64,000 nt of DNA from Paragordius varius. Its lineage: Eukaryota > Animalia > Nematomorpha. The position numbers and the translations under genes were made by a program. Every line of letters begins with the position of its first letter. Position 1 is the first letter of the stretch. The stretch is from the NCBI GenBank assembly GCA_964247055.1, contig OZ176050.1:11656001-11720000 (forward strand), in the 5' to 3' direction. The notes under the pieces were generated by a model, which was not told the origin of the DNA, did not search any database, and saw nothing but the letters and a program-made list of their open reading frames with translations. Positions 53,480-64,000 of this stretch are shown here, piece after piece.

Positions 53480-55464
53480 ATGGCTAGATCCCGGAGCAGA
53501 CACAAATCCCCAAAATCATCAAAACGCAGAAGAAAATCTCGATCACGAGAAAGACGAAAACGGTCAAAAACTCCAAACAATTTCCCTCAATACATAACCA
53601 GGCGTGAAAGTTCACATTCTAGTTCAGATCATGATAGACGCCACTCAAAAAATGATAAATTATATGATTCCCTCAAAAAACTTAAAAAATTGGATGACGA
53701 GGAAAGAAAAGTGGAAATGGAAAAATTTAAATTACTGTATATAGATAATATAAATTTTAGGCGTTTACGTGAAAACAATAATAGATCATCAATTACATCT
53801 GTGACTATTGAAGATTCCCCTCCACCTCCCCCACTTCCCAAACCGACTTTGACCGAAAGTGACGTTAATCGCATGGTTCAAGAACAATTAGATGCATTTA
53901 AAAAGGATTTAAGGGAATCTATGCAGTTAGAATTTGACAATAGATTACGCATAGAGCGTGAAGATTGGAGAGAAAAAGAAGTTGATTTGAAAATAATTTT
54001 GTTTTTTAGGAAGAAAATTTTAAAAAGCGGGAAAGTTTGGAAAAAACTATCGCCGAACTTAAACAACAGATTGACAATCTAAACAAACAAATGGTACTGT
54101 TTTTTGTCAAATATTTTTAACAAAACTTCAAATATATTATTAAAAGAGTCGGTTCTCTTTTTTTCCATATTATATTATTGGTTAGATAAGGGTTTATAGC
54201 CAAATATTGGATAGATCCTAAAGTATAGATGCTCAATACTGAATAGTTTGTTGGCAGGATGTAACCTAGGTAATTATTTTTATTATCATATATAAACGCT
54301 TTATGTTTTTGAATAATTTTTAAAAGAATACAAATTATGTTATATCGGACAGTTTTTCTATCGTAACTAACTGTTTTTCTTATATTAACTTTAAACCAAT
54401 TTTTAATGCACACGATAAATTTATAATAAAACGGTTATAAATTATAACTCATCGTTTTTATGAAAAAAAATAATTATATAAAAATATGAAATCAATTTAC
54501 CATCAATCAATGAAGCTCTGCCTTTTTAGTGTAGTATATCATATTATTATGATACCTGTAACCGCATGCATATACCTTTTAAAACACAAAAAACAGTATA
54601 AACTCCCATACCATATATTTGACTTACAAAATAACATTATATAACTATCATAATTATATATTAATTTATAATTACATTTTATTTCTGTATTTATTATACC
54701 ATTTTACTAATTTATATAATATATGTACATGTTGAGTCTGGATTATCAAAAAGGCGTAATTCGTAATATTGAGAAAAATTGTATGTATGCTAGGAATATA
54801 ATGTCATACATATCAATACATTTCTGGTCGCTTGTGTAAGCTTCTATTATATTCTTCCTCTAAAGTTATTAAAGTTCAAATTTATGCAATTTTTTGAACA
54901 TAATAGTAATAATATTTCATTTTTTATCGATAAAACTTTCTTATGTGTTTACAATTGAATCCAAATTAATAAATGTTTTTATCATATTTTAGAGTTTCAA
55001 CAATAGCGAGGGCTCAATTTTACTCTGGATATTCATTTTAACGGACGATCTGAGAAGACAAAGGATCTACAAGCTTTCTGATACCAAATTTAAAAAAAAA
55101 TTATTTTTTTCTGGAAATTTAACAATTTAAAAAATGGAATTTATAAAAATAGTCGTTTTTTTATTTTAATATGATAATTTTTTTCACTATAATTTTAATA
55201 AACTTTCACAACATACCGAAAGAGTAAGTTAAATTTTATTTTAAAAGTTTAACAACCTTGAATATATTTTAATAGGCAACCGAACGTTTACAATTCCTGG
55301 AAGAAAAACGTAAAATTATTGGAGAAAAGCGTAAGCTTGAAGAGGAATTGAAAAAGAAACAAAAGGAAGAACAAAAAATTATATTGAATCGAGGAATGAT
55401 GGCAAGACCAAAACTTTCGTTTTCTTTATTAAATAATAGTCATCATCATGAAAATAGCACCTAA
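53480..55464 (+). CDS. ARGLU1: Arginine/glutamate-rich protein 1. Exons: 53480-53736, 53761-53980, 54010-54093, 55276-55464.
   Basis: RS-rich N-terminus MARSRSRHKSPKSSKRRRKSRSRER, a charged coiled-coil middle, and the C-terminal signature KEEQKIILNRGMMARPKLSFSL. The four-exon layout with an 84-nt third exon matches recalled vertebrate ARGLU1. Confidence 0.9.
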
Positions 55465-55799
55465 GTTTTTTATTATTTGCGCTTGATGGTCAACGTTATT
55501 TGGCTTGGAATTATTATGGATATTGAAGAGTAAGGTTCCCTTTAACTATTTTGTGATATCAAATCATATTGTTGCTTTTATTACAGATTAATATATCTAT
55601 ATCTTACAATATAAACTGTATACTATGATGTATCTACCCTACATGTAAATAATAAATGATTCATAGAAATTTCATTACCCTTACAATTTGCTATCCTGTT
55701 GTGCTTTTACAATAAATTAATTAATTACAAATTACAAATCTGAAAAACAATAAAATCTTTCTTTGGCTTTGTTTTCTCACCCATATTTAATTTAAAAAT

Positions 55800-56150
55800 A
55801 GGCATCAGCATCATCAATACAATCTGTTTTTAGCAGTTTGAGTTGTTGTTGATCCAGATCAATCTTTTTAGCCCAGGTTAAACGTGGGCGACCGGGCTTA
55901 TTGTTCCCGGGTGGAATGATGTCGAATGAGGTCCTGATCGGATTGCAGGATTCATACGGTCAAGGTGACCGTAGTACCTCATTCTTTTGAATTGAATGAA
56001 TTTTGGCTCCATTTGTATGTGACTGCGGATATCTTGGGGATTTAGTTGCGTTGACATCAGGCGTAGTATGCGATTTTCCGCGCTGATAAAACGTTTCTCT
56101 TTGTGTGACATGTTTTCTGTGGCATATGAGAACTACTTCATAAAAAGCTG
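55800..56150 (-). mobile_element. 3' fragment of an RTE-like LINE
   Basis: The translation …ENRILRLM…IQFKRMRYYGHLDRM and a downstream PGRPRLTW-like segment are typical of RTE ORF C-termini. Boundaries are approximate. Confidence 0.7.
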
Positions 56151-57966
56151 GATAGCTTACGATGGAAGTACTGTTAAACAACAACATCAGCATCATCATA
56201 ATTTACTAATTTTACAGTTTCTAAAAGCAAACTACCTTTTATTGAGTACGCATAATTATATTACAACATATTTTTTCAGACTAAAACATTTTAATTTATA
56301 TTCAAAGCAACCATACCTTGAGATTGAACAGGAGCCGTTTCCTTTTATGATTCTACTTCCTTAATAACCATCTTTAAGAAAAATTGGAAAGTAAATGAAA
56401 TTCAAACCGCAAATTTTTCATAAAAAATAGATCGCTGTACAATGCCCCCCCATAATGAACCCCTCCAAATGAGCTTTTTAATAAAATTGGCCAAATTAAC
56501 TATTGTCTCATGCTGATCAGCATTCACTTTTACAATCAGTAAATTCTATTTTTTAAGTAATAATCGTTGTAAAGTATGTCTGCCCACAAACTGCACAAAC
56601 GTATAGTTTGTGGGTATGAAATCCTCTCATAATGCGTCAAGAATAATACAAAATAAATTATATCATTTTTTGCAAACACGGTAAAATATAATTGATTATT
56701 ATATATTTTATTAAAAAAGGATAATGATACGGATAATGAGCCATGTATTTTTTGCCACTATCGGGGTAATTATGAGGAGGTTCACTGTATTTAAATAATT
56801 CCAATAATGTTACATGATTGGGTGATTTTATGTGCTGTATATTGATTTTTGGTGATGATATCGTAAGTAAGGCGAATGGCTGTGAATTAGGGATGCGAAG
56901 CAAAAAAAATATTGATATTTCATTAACAAATACTAAAGTTGTAACAATGGATTTCGTGGACATAACATCGTTTAATACCTCCGTGATGGTAATTATTATA
57001 ATTCGTAGCATTTAGGTAAAAACAAATACATAAAGGGAACATGGTGCATGATGAAACGGGTATATTTGGGTTATTGCGACAAGCCGAAACTACTTTCTTA
57101 GGATTTAATTGATCCCTGGATTCCGCGGAGCCTCGCATAGGCTGGCAGATTAGCATTTTATAGCGATGTTGAGAAACCATAAGCAAAATGCTTTTTTAGT
57201 TGGTTAACTAATATAAGTGTTAGGGATCAGTAGGTCACCTTGGCTCGAAACAAGCAAAAAACAATAACGTACCGACACGGGCATAGAAACAAATTTTGTT
57301 GTGATGGTGTTGGTGAAAAGCAAGCTGGAAATACCTTGATGGAGTATAATAAAAATATTTATATATTATGCGTTTCAACATAAATATTTCAAAAACTGAA
57401 ATTTAACTATACTTTGGTTTTGATCTTTAATGTATACTACCCAAATAAATTAGTTTAAAGCATATCGCTTTTACGTTTGCGATTTCTTTATAACGATATA
57501 ATGTAATAAAATAATTAACTAAAACGACTTGTAGGCCCTAAAACCAAAAGCATCATTGTAAAATAGTTTACTAACATATTAAGTTAGACCCGATTTAGTG
57601 CAGATTAATCATGTTACTAAGCAAAAAGTTAAGGGGATCCTACTAGGCAAAATATTTTGACTATCAAGCAAATATAATCAGTAAACAAACTCGTAAACTC
57701 CATATTTTTTTGTTATTGTATTGGAGCTTTAAGTGAAATAATTATAAACGCCTTATATGTAACTTAGATTTTCGAAAAACATTTTATTATAAATTTGTGT
57801 TTGCTTTTCAATTGAGCTAGAAAATACCTAGCATGCAAAAAATTATCATTATACCCTTTTCCAATTATCATACAAATTAGGCATATTATCTGCTGATACA
57901 GCAAAATACACATAATAATTAATTACCCATTATATCTTTCCTATTGTTTTTTTTGAAGATTTTATT

Positions 57967-60136
57967 ATGAAAATACCAACTTTCCTTTTATTAACGATCT
58001 TCCTTGTACTGTTGATTGTCCAGCAACCAGGTATATTAAATATTACATTTCATTTATTTTAATTTGTAATATATATTTATAACACACGTTTTTACCGGTC
58101 ACAGTTTAACATTATAAATAAACTCCAAATTATTGTGTTGTGACTCTCATTATTTTATAAATCTTTTAAGATTGTTTTGATTTATAGATTGATTTGGTAA
58201 TTAATAAATTTATTTGCTCAAATTTTTGATTATAAATTTTCAGTGTTACCAAATTTTTTTCTCCCTATCAACGTTCCCGCCATCGATAACTTATTGTTTT
58301 TTATTTTTTCACGCTTAAAAATTTCCAAATTAACTATGGCGAATTTATTAAATTTAATATCAGACAAAATAAATTTAGAATCATCGGTAAATATTCAATA
58401 ATTACAAAGTTTGTCTGGTAATTAATACCTTATTGGTTATATTTGAGAACTAAAATGTTTGTTTATTAACTCCCTTCTGGTTCCACAATATCATCTAACT
58501 AATAAGTTTAATTTAATACAGTATGAGTAAAAATGTTGCTAGTTAAGATTGCCAGAAAGCATATATATTAAAGTGAAATATTATTAGCTTTTATCGTCAT
58601 TTTTTCGCTTTTTCTTTCTAATAACCAATAATTGCTCCTTTCTGTAAATGCTAGCTGTCAAAATTTAATGAAAAACTAGCCATATAAATTTAAAACTTAC
58701 TGTATATCGATTTGATATATTTATATTCATGGACGAGTCAAAAATTTTAAGATTATTCTGATTAATTTTATCTGTAAATACAATTTTTTGTTGTTGTTTA
58801 TGAGTAACGCATATTCCCGGAACACCAGCAATTACATTTTATTTTAAAGGTAATTTCGCAATGAAATTTCTATGTTTACATATAACGAAAGCTATTATTG
58901 GCCATTTTTGTATATTAAATGGCTGAAAGGGTTGTATAAAAAATTTTCACTTTAATTTGCATATTTGATTGATGTTGTGAAGAAAAATACGCCTTGTTCG
59001 CAATGACGAATTACCAAGTTGGCAATATTTTTATTAAACAAATTGAAACATTAAAAATTTATATATTAGTATATAGGATTGTATGTTTAAAACGCCGTAA
59101 AATAAACTTAAAAAAACTTTGAAAAACATAAATTTAATTAGACAATTAAAACTATCATCCATATTGTATGGTGATATCAAAAAACTCTTAGTAACATTTA
59201 TATCTGCAATCACCTAAACTACGTTAATTAATTTTTTAAATTTCAAGATTATAAGAAATTGTGCAATTTATTTAAAATGTTGCAGATCACAGAGTTAAAA
59301 TTGATTGTTTTGGACAACTTAAAGGATTGTCCGTCGTCAGAGATAAAATATTTTTTTCATATGTTCGTTTCATATTTAGTGTTAAAAAACTAAGTAAAAT
59401 ACATTATAAATATTTATTTAGATTACATTTAAAAATCAATTTGTTATAGCAGAAATCAACCATGATATAAAAAAGTAGAGAAGCTGTAATGGTAACTTGT
59501 AACTAGAGTTCAAAGGCTAAACACCAAATTTTCGGCAAAATTATATAAAATATAAAATTGTGTAAAAATCAAATGAATGTCTGTAAATTGAAAAGAAATA
59601 GATTTTATAAGCTATGATAACTTACGGTATTATTTTATTAATTATGCATTTTATTATGATGTTACTTTTTAGGCAATACCTTAGCTGACGAAAGAAAAAA
59701 ATGTCAGATTCTTTTGTCACATGTCTTACCGATTGTGTTTCCGTAAATATTTATTTTTTTTATTATTTTTTATATAAAAAATAAATATATTTACAATTAT
59801 ATTCAAGGAATCACACCATTCTTCCTAATAATGGGTTATTTAATATTGTTTTGAATGTAACCAAACTTCAGTTAGCTAATCTTACAAAGAAGGATATTGA
59901 TGATTTCCTAAATAAAGCACAGAGATTACCAGGTGTGCCTTATAATATTGTGATAATCATTGAGGTAACTCCTATTTTAACATTATTCAGTTTACGCATT
60001 ACCCTGTTAGGTCAAACTGTGTACGCAATTTTATGGGTACTTTTGAGGTTCCGATTAGTTCATCCGAATCCTCTATTATCCAAGTATCCGAATCCTCTAT
60101 TATCCAAGTAAGTATTTTTTAGGGAGTTTATATTTA

Positions 60137-60178
<42 letters not shown>

Positions 60179-60641
60179 GTAATTAGTTTTGCATAAATCA
60201 TATATAAAATTAGTTATTATAAGGGCCATAAATCAATATTAAGACCAGGTAATTTTGAATCTGTCCAAAGTTGAGACTAAAGGCTTGGATAATCTTAAAA
60301 TACGGCATAGAAATATTGGATTCCGAAAACGCAACAGGTGTCAGTTTTTGGGCGGTTATAGAAAGTTTTCTTATCCTTAAAACCACTTATGAAAGATATT
60401 TAAACAAAAATCTAGATATAAAATATAATTTGGAACCGTTTCTGGCTTTTGGCCATTAAGCTTCTATATTCGAATAAACTAAGCCTAACTTATAAGTAGA
60501 CTTTACTTTCGAACAACAGTGTAGCACGCCGCAAAGACTGAACTTTTTATATAGAATGCCCTAATTAAAATATAATGCTGCCCTTTAAAAAATATTGTTT
60601 TTCCTACCAGGCCGATAGTGCGACGTCATCGAAACCCGTAA
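57967..60641 (+). CDS. Tentative orphan secreted protein. Candidate exons: 57967-58030, 58244-58386, ~59286-59378, 59673-59742, 59808-59964, 59991-60107, 60249-60337, 60611-60641.
   Basis: An ATG is followed by a signal-peptide-like stretch (MK...FLLLTIFLVLLIVQQP), and open GT-AG-bounded segments chain in phase to a stop (…IGFRKRNR-PIVRRHRNP*). One junction (~59378 to 59673) does not phase-match, so an exon is missing or mis-called. No family was recognised. Confidence 0.45.
60063..60110 (+). repeat. Exact 24-bp tandem duplication spanning a putative splice donor
   Basis: TCCGAATCCTCTATTATCCAAGTA twice (60063-60086, 60087-60110). Confidence 0.9.
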
Positions 60642-63600
60642 TTGGTTAAGCGCGGTTTAAACGATTCATTTTTCTAAAACATAAATTACAATTTATAATC
60701 TTTCTATAGAGCGCGTCATTTCTTTACAGTGGTGTCGGCACCATGGTTTTGGTGGGTTTAAAATTTACAAATATTAATATAATGATTAAAAGTTAACTAG
60801 TTTATAATTTACTTTATATGCTTGTTGATCAAATTTATGCAGGCAAAACGTAAATATATTAAGACAAAAATTTTTTTCAAAAGACAACCATACATTTTCA
60901 AACCTAATTTATCCTATAAAAATCATTTATGTAATTGATTGTCTTACCAATACACTTCTCTATTTTATACTTACTTTGCAATTTTGAACAATGTGTTATT
61001 TAAAAAATCAAGATTTAAGAAGTATGGATATCTTTTAGAAAAAAATATTTGTCTTTATATTTTTACGTTTTGTCCGTATAATTCAATTTTTTACTGTATC
61101 AAATTTATATAGAGGTTAAAATTTGTCGAGGATGCAAAAACTAGAATAATTGTGCAAACAGATGGTGGAATATTCTCTAATTGCACAAATTCAACAATAT
61201 CTGATTACAGAAAATTAAATATATTTTTCCAATACAATTGCAGCAACTTGGATTTCAGTAATTTTTTATAGTTATATTTAATTTATTCCTTATCTACTAA
61301 TGTTTATTTTGCTCATCCTTAGTTACTTTTTGGAGTAGGTTTGTACCTTAGAGCGAAATTAAATTCTATTTTGAAATATTTATGGTCAAATATACTTTTG
61401 GAAAACTACCAGAAACATAGCAGCAAATTTTTATAATTTATTGATTTTAAATAGGTGTGTTTTCGAGGTTTGGATATTTCCCAATTGTCTTTGATTCTAG
61501 GAGTTGTAAACTGTAAAATATATTTATCAAATACAAAAGAACATGTATTTAAATTTTCTCTAACACAACCTTCAAAACAGTAGTTTATTTACAAGTTTAA
61601 GCTTTGCGCACTAAACTACCCCAACAATATGTAATCGTCAAAAAAATAAAGAGTAATAAAATGTTAAATTATTTTTCTTAATCACACAAAAATTTGGATA
61701 TATTTGTGTATTTGGAGACATTATAAATATTACACACTGACAGATATAATATTAATTAATATTTTAAAAATATATAGGTAGTCAACATAATGATCATTAT
61801 GCAAACAATGGCCCTGGGTATAAATATAATTATTATTTTATCAGATAATTTTGTTTTTGCGTCATAGTTCTTTCTCCTTAGTATAACGGCACTCAATACA
61901 CGTACAAAAAAAAACTAATTATAAATATAAAATAAAATCTTTTACAGCATAATCGCAAGTTATCATATTTAAATTTGACACTAAAGTGGCATTATTTAGC
62001 TTCAATTCTTAAATGCCTTAGGATAAAAATGTAGTCTCGTAAGCAATAACATTACGCGTTTCCCCTATCGTATTTGCTATTTTTAAATTTTGGTAACAAA
62101 ATTATAAGACCTCTTTCTCGTATTTTAACAATATTTTTGATTGGACACTTTTAGCTGAGGAATAAATTAAGATAAATAATTATTTTTACGTGCGCATTTT
62201 ATTAAACATATTTTAAGGCATATTGGTACGAGAAATATATCAACCTGTTAAAAATCAATATATTGTTAGTGTTTTCAATTCTATAATAATCATTTAAGTA
62301 TAATTTTTACAGTTTTTAAAAGTAGACGATATATTTTTTTAGCTTACATTTGACGTGTTACAGGATTTAAAAAGGTTTTTGGTGTTATAAATAATTGATT
62401 TTTATACCTATAATATATATGTTTATCATAATTATATAATTGAATGTATTATTTAATGGTCGAACCCTAAGAAACGATGGATCTAACGCGAAATATTCTC
62501 CCATGAATATTACTGTCAATACCAATGAGGTAAGTAGAAATAACATATGAAACAGAGTTAATACATTATTGTAAATTTTGAAGTTATAAATGATAAATAT
62601 TGAATTCATCTTTATAAATTTATTTATATACTATTAAAAGATAATTTTAATATATAATTAATTGAAAAAAATGAAGTAAAAAATGTCAAATATAGTTTTA
62701 TCAGAAAGGACTATTTTGATAAAAACAAGGTAAAAATGAAGCTTAACTTACTAAAAAAGTTGGCACTTAAATAATTTCACTGTAATTAATTTTTAGAAAA
62801 AATAATCTTCTACTTTACCCATTTGTTATATTTAATGATTATTTGCTTAAAAATATTTTCTAGTTTATATACTCGAAATCCATTCAATGCCTCAATACGT
62901 CCTTTGGTAGTTTCAAAGTGCCAACATTGTTACATAAATTTGACGTAAGTTTTGCATATTTATATTTTTAATAATTTCTAACTTGGAATAATGTTAACTA
63001 TTTTATATAGATTGTAAACTAGATATATTATAATATAAATATATAAAAAATTAAGCTAAGCGAGGGCAGATAAACATGAAATTATAAAATTGTATGTAAT
63101 CAATATAAACTAGTGCTTTCTGTGCGAGGAAACGCTCCTAAACTGATCACTTTTTTTCTATCCATACAACTACCATATATTGCCTATATTCAAATATTTA
63201 ATTTTAGCAAATTATAGTGTTGTTTGAATATTGGAAAGAAGAAAAATTAGTTTTTGCGCACTTAGTATTAGAATTTAATAAATTTTCAAATTCAAAAACA
63301 ATTTGGTAATTTATGGGCATGAGTTAATACTGTAAAGTTTGCGAAAAAAAAGAAATCTTTAACTTCTTGACATGCGAATCAACCCATAAAATTTATATAA
63401 ACATCTATATAACTTTTCAAAGAACTTTTTTAATATTTTATATTCATTTTTGGGAATCCCTCTATAAACTTCCCTCTTCAATCCCAATATATAGAGTTTG
63501 TTCATTATTTAAATTTATTAAAGGTAAAAATTTTTTCGTAAAAAACTATGAATGAGAATAGAGCTGCAAGTAATCAATCATTGTCCGTTTCAAAATTTTA

Positions 63601-64000
63601 ATTAGAGATCCCGGTTGATTACTTGAAAGCTTCTATACTTTACTTTACAGATTTATTTTTTATTATTCACTCATGTGTTCATATCAAGCGGGGTGGGGAC
63701 AGTCAAATTTGAAAATTATCTTAGTTGGAGCGCAAACAAAATAAGGTTGGGATTACATACATAATAATGTTAAATGCGCTTAATTTTATTGAGAGGCATA
63801 CATTGATGACCAAAGTTTAATTATAGAAAATTTATTATAAGTTTTATTACCATTCAACTTATTTATATTTATGGAATGATACAGTCTACAAGCTCCCACA
63901 TCTCTCAAATTTCAATGAAAAACCAAAAACCTATGACAATCATGGTTTTTAGCGATGATGACGAAAGGATGTACATATATTTTGTTGATGTTTGCAACAC

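Noticed and set aside
53480-54082. 200-aa single-exon ORF taken as the ARGLU1 protein
   Set aside because: It reads through two micro-introns; the conserved C-terminus is encoded at 54010-54093 and 55276-55464.
56720-56800. DNEPCIFCH…HC segment resembling a pogo-type C-terminal zinc finger
   Set aside because: Too short, ends in a stop, and has no accompanying DDE remnant.
57109-57228. Possible structured RNA (TGATCCCT/AGGGATCA outer stem, AGCCT/AGGCT and AGCATTTT/AAAATGCT inner stems)
   Set aside because: Short stems that could arise by chance; no ribozyme, snoRNA or tRNA consensus fits.

Overview
Very AT-rich animal (invertebrate-like) genomic DNA. Four genes could be rebuilt exon by exon: the 5' part of unc-13 (minus strand, probably running off the left edge), IMP3 head-to-head with it (123 bp between ATGs), a complete myosin VIIa, and ARGLU1. 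There is also a tentative orphan secreted-protein gene near 58-60.6 kb. Mobile elements include a complete hAT with TIRs and an 8-bp TSD, carrying a nested truncated Penelope-like insertion with a minimal hammerhead ribozyme; a full-length but broken RTE LINE with a 15-bp TSD and an HDV-like ribozyme at its 5' end; a foldback element, MITEs, LINE/Gypsy remnants and a dimeric ~160/320-bp satellite. The most striking observation is a class of ultra-short GT-AG introns (22, 24, 27, 29 and probably 26 nt) that conserved protein alignment demands in IMP3 and ARGLU1, alongside ordinary introns of about 55 nt to several kb. All calls come from manual reading and recalled family motifs; no database searches or folding programs were run.
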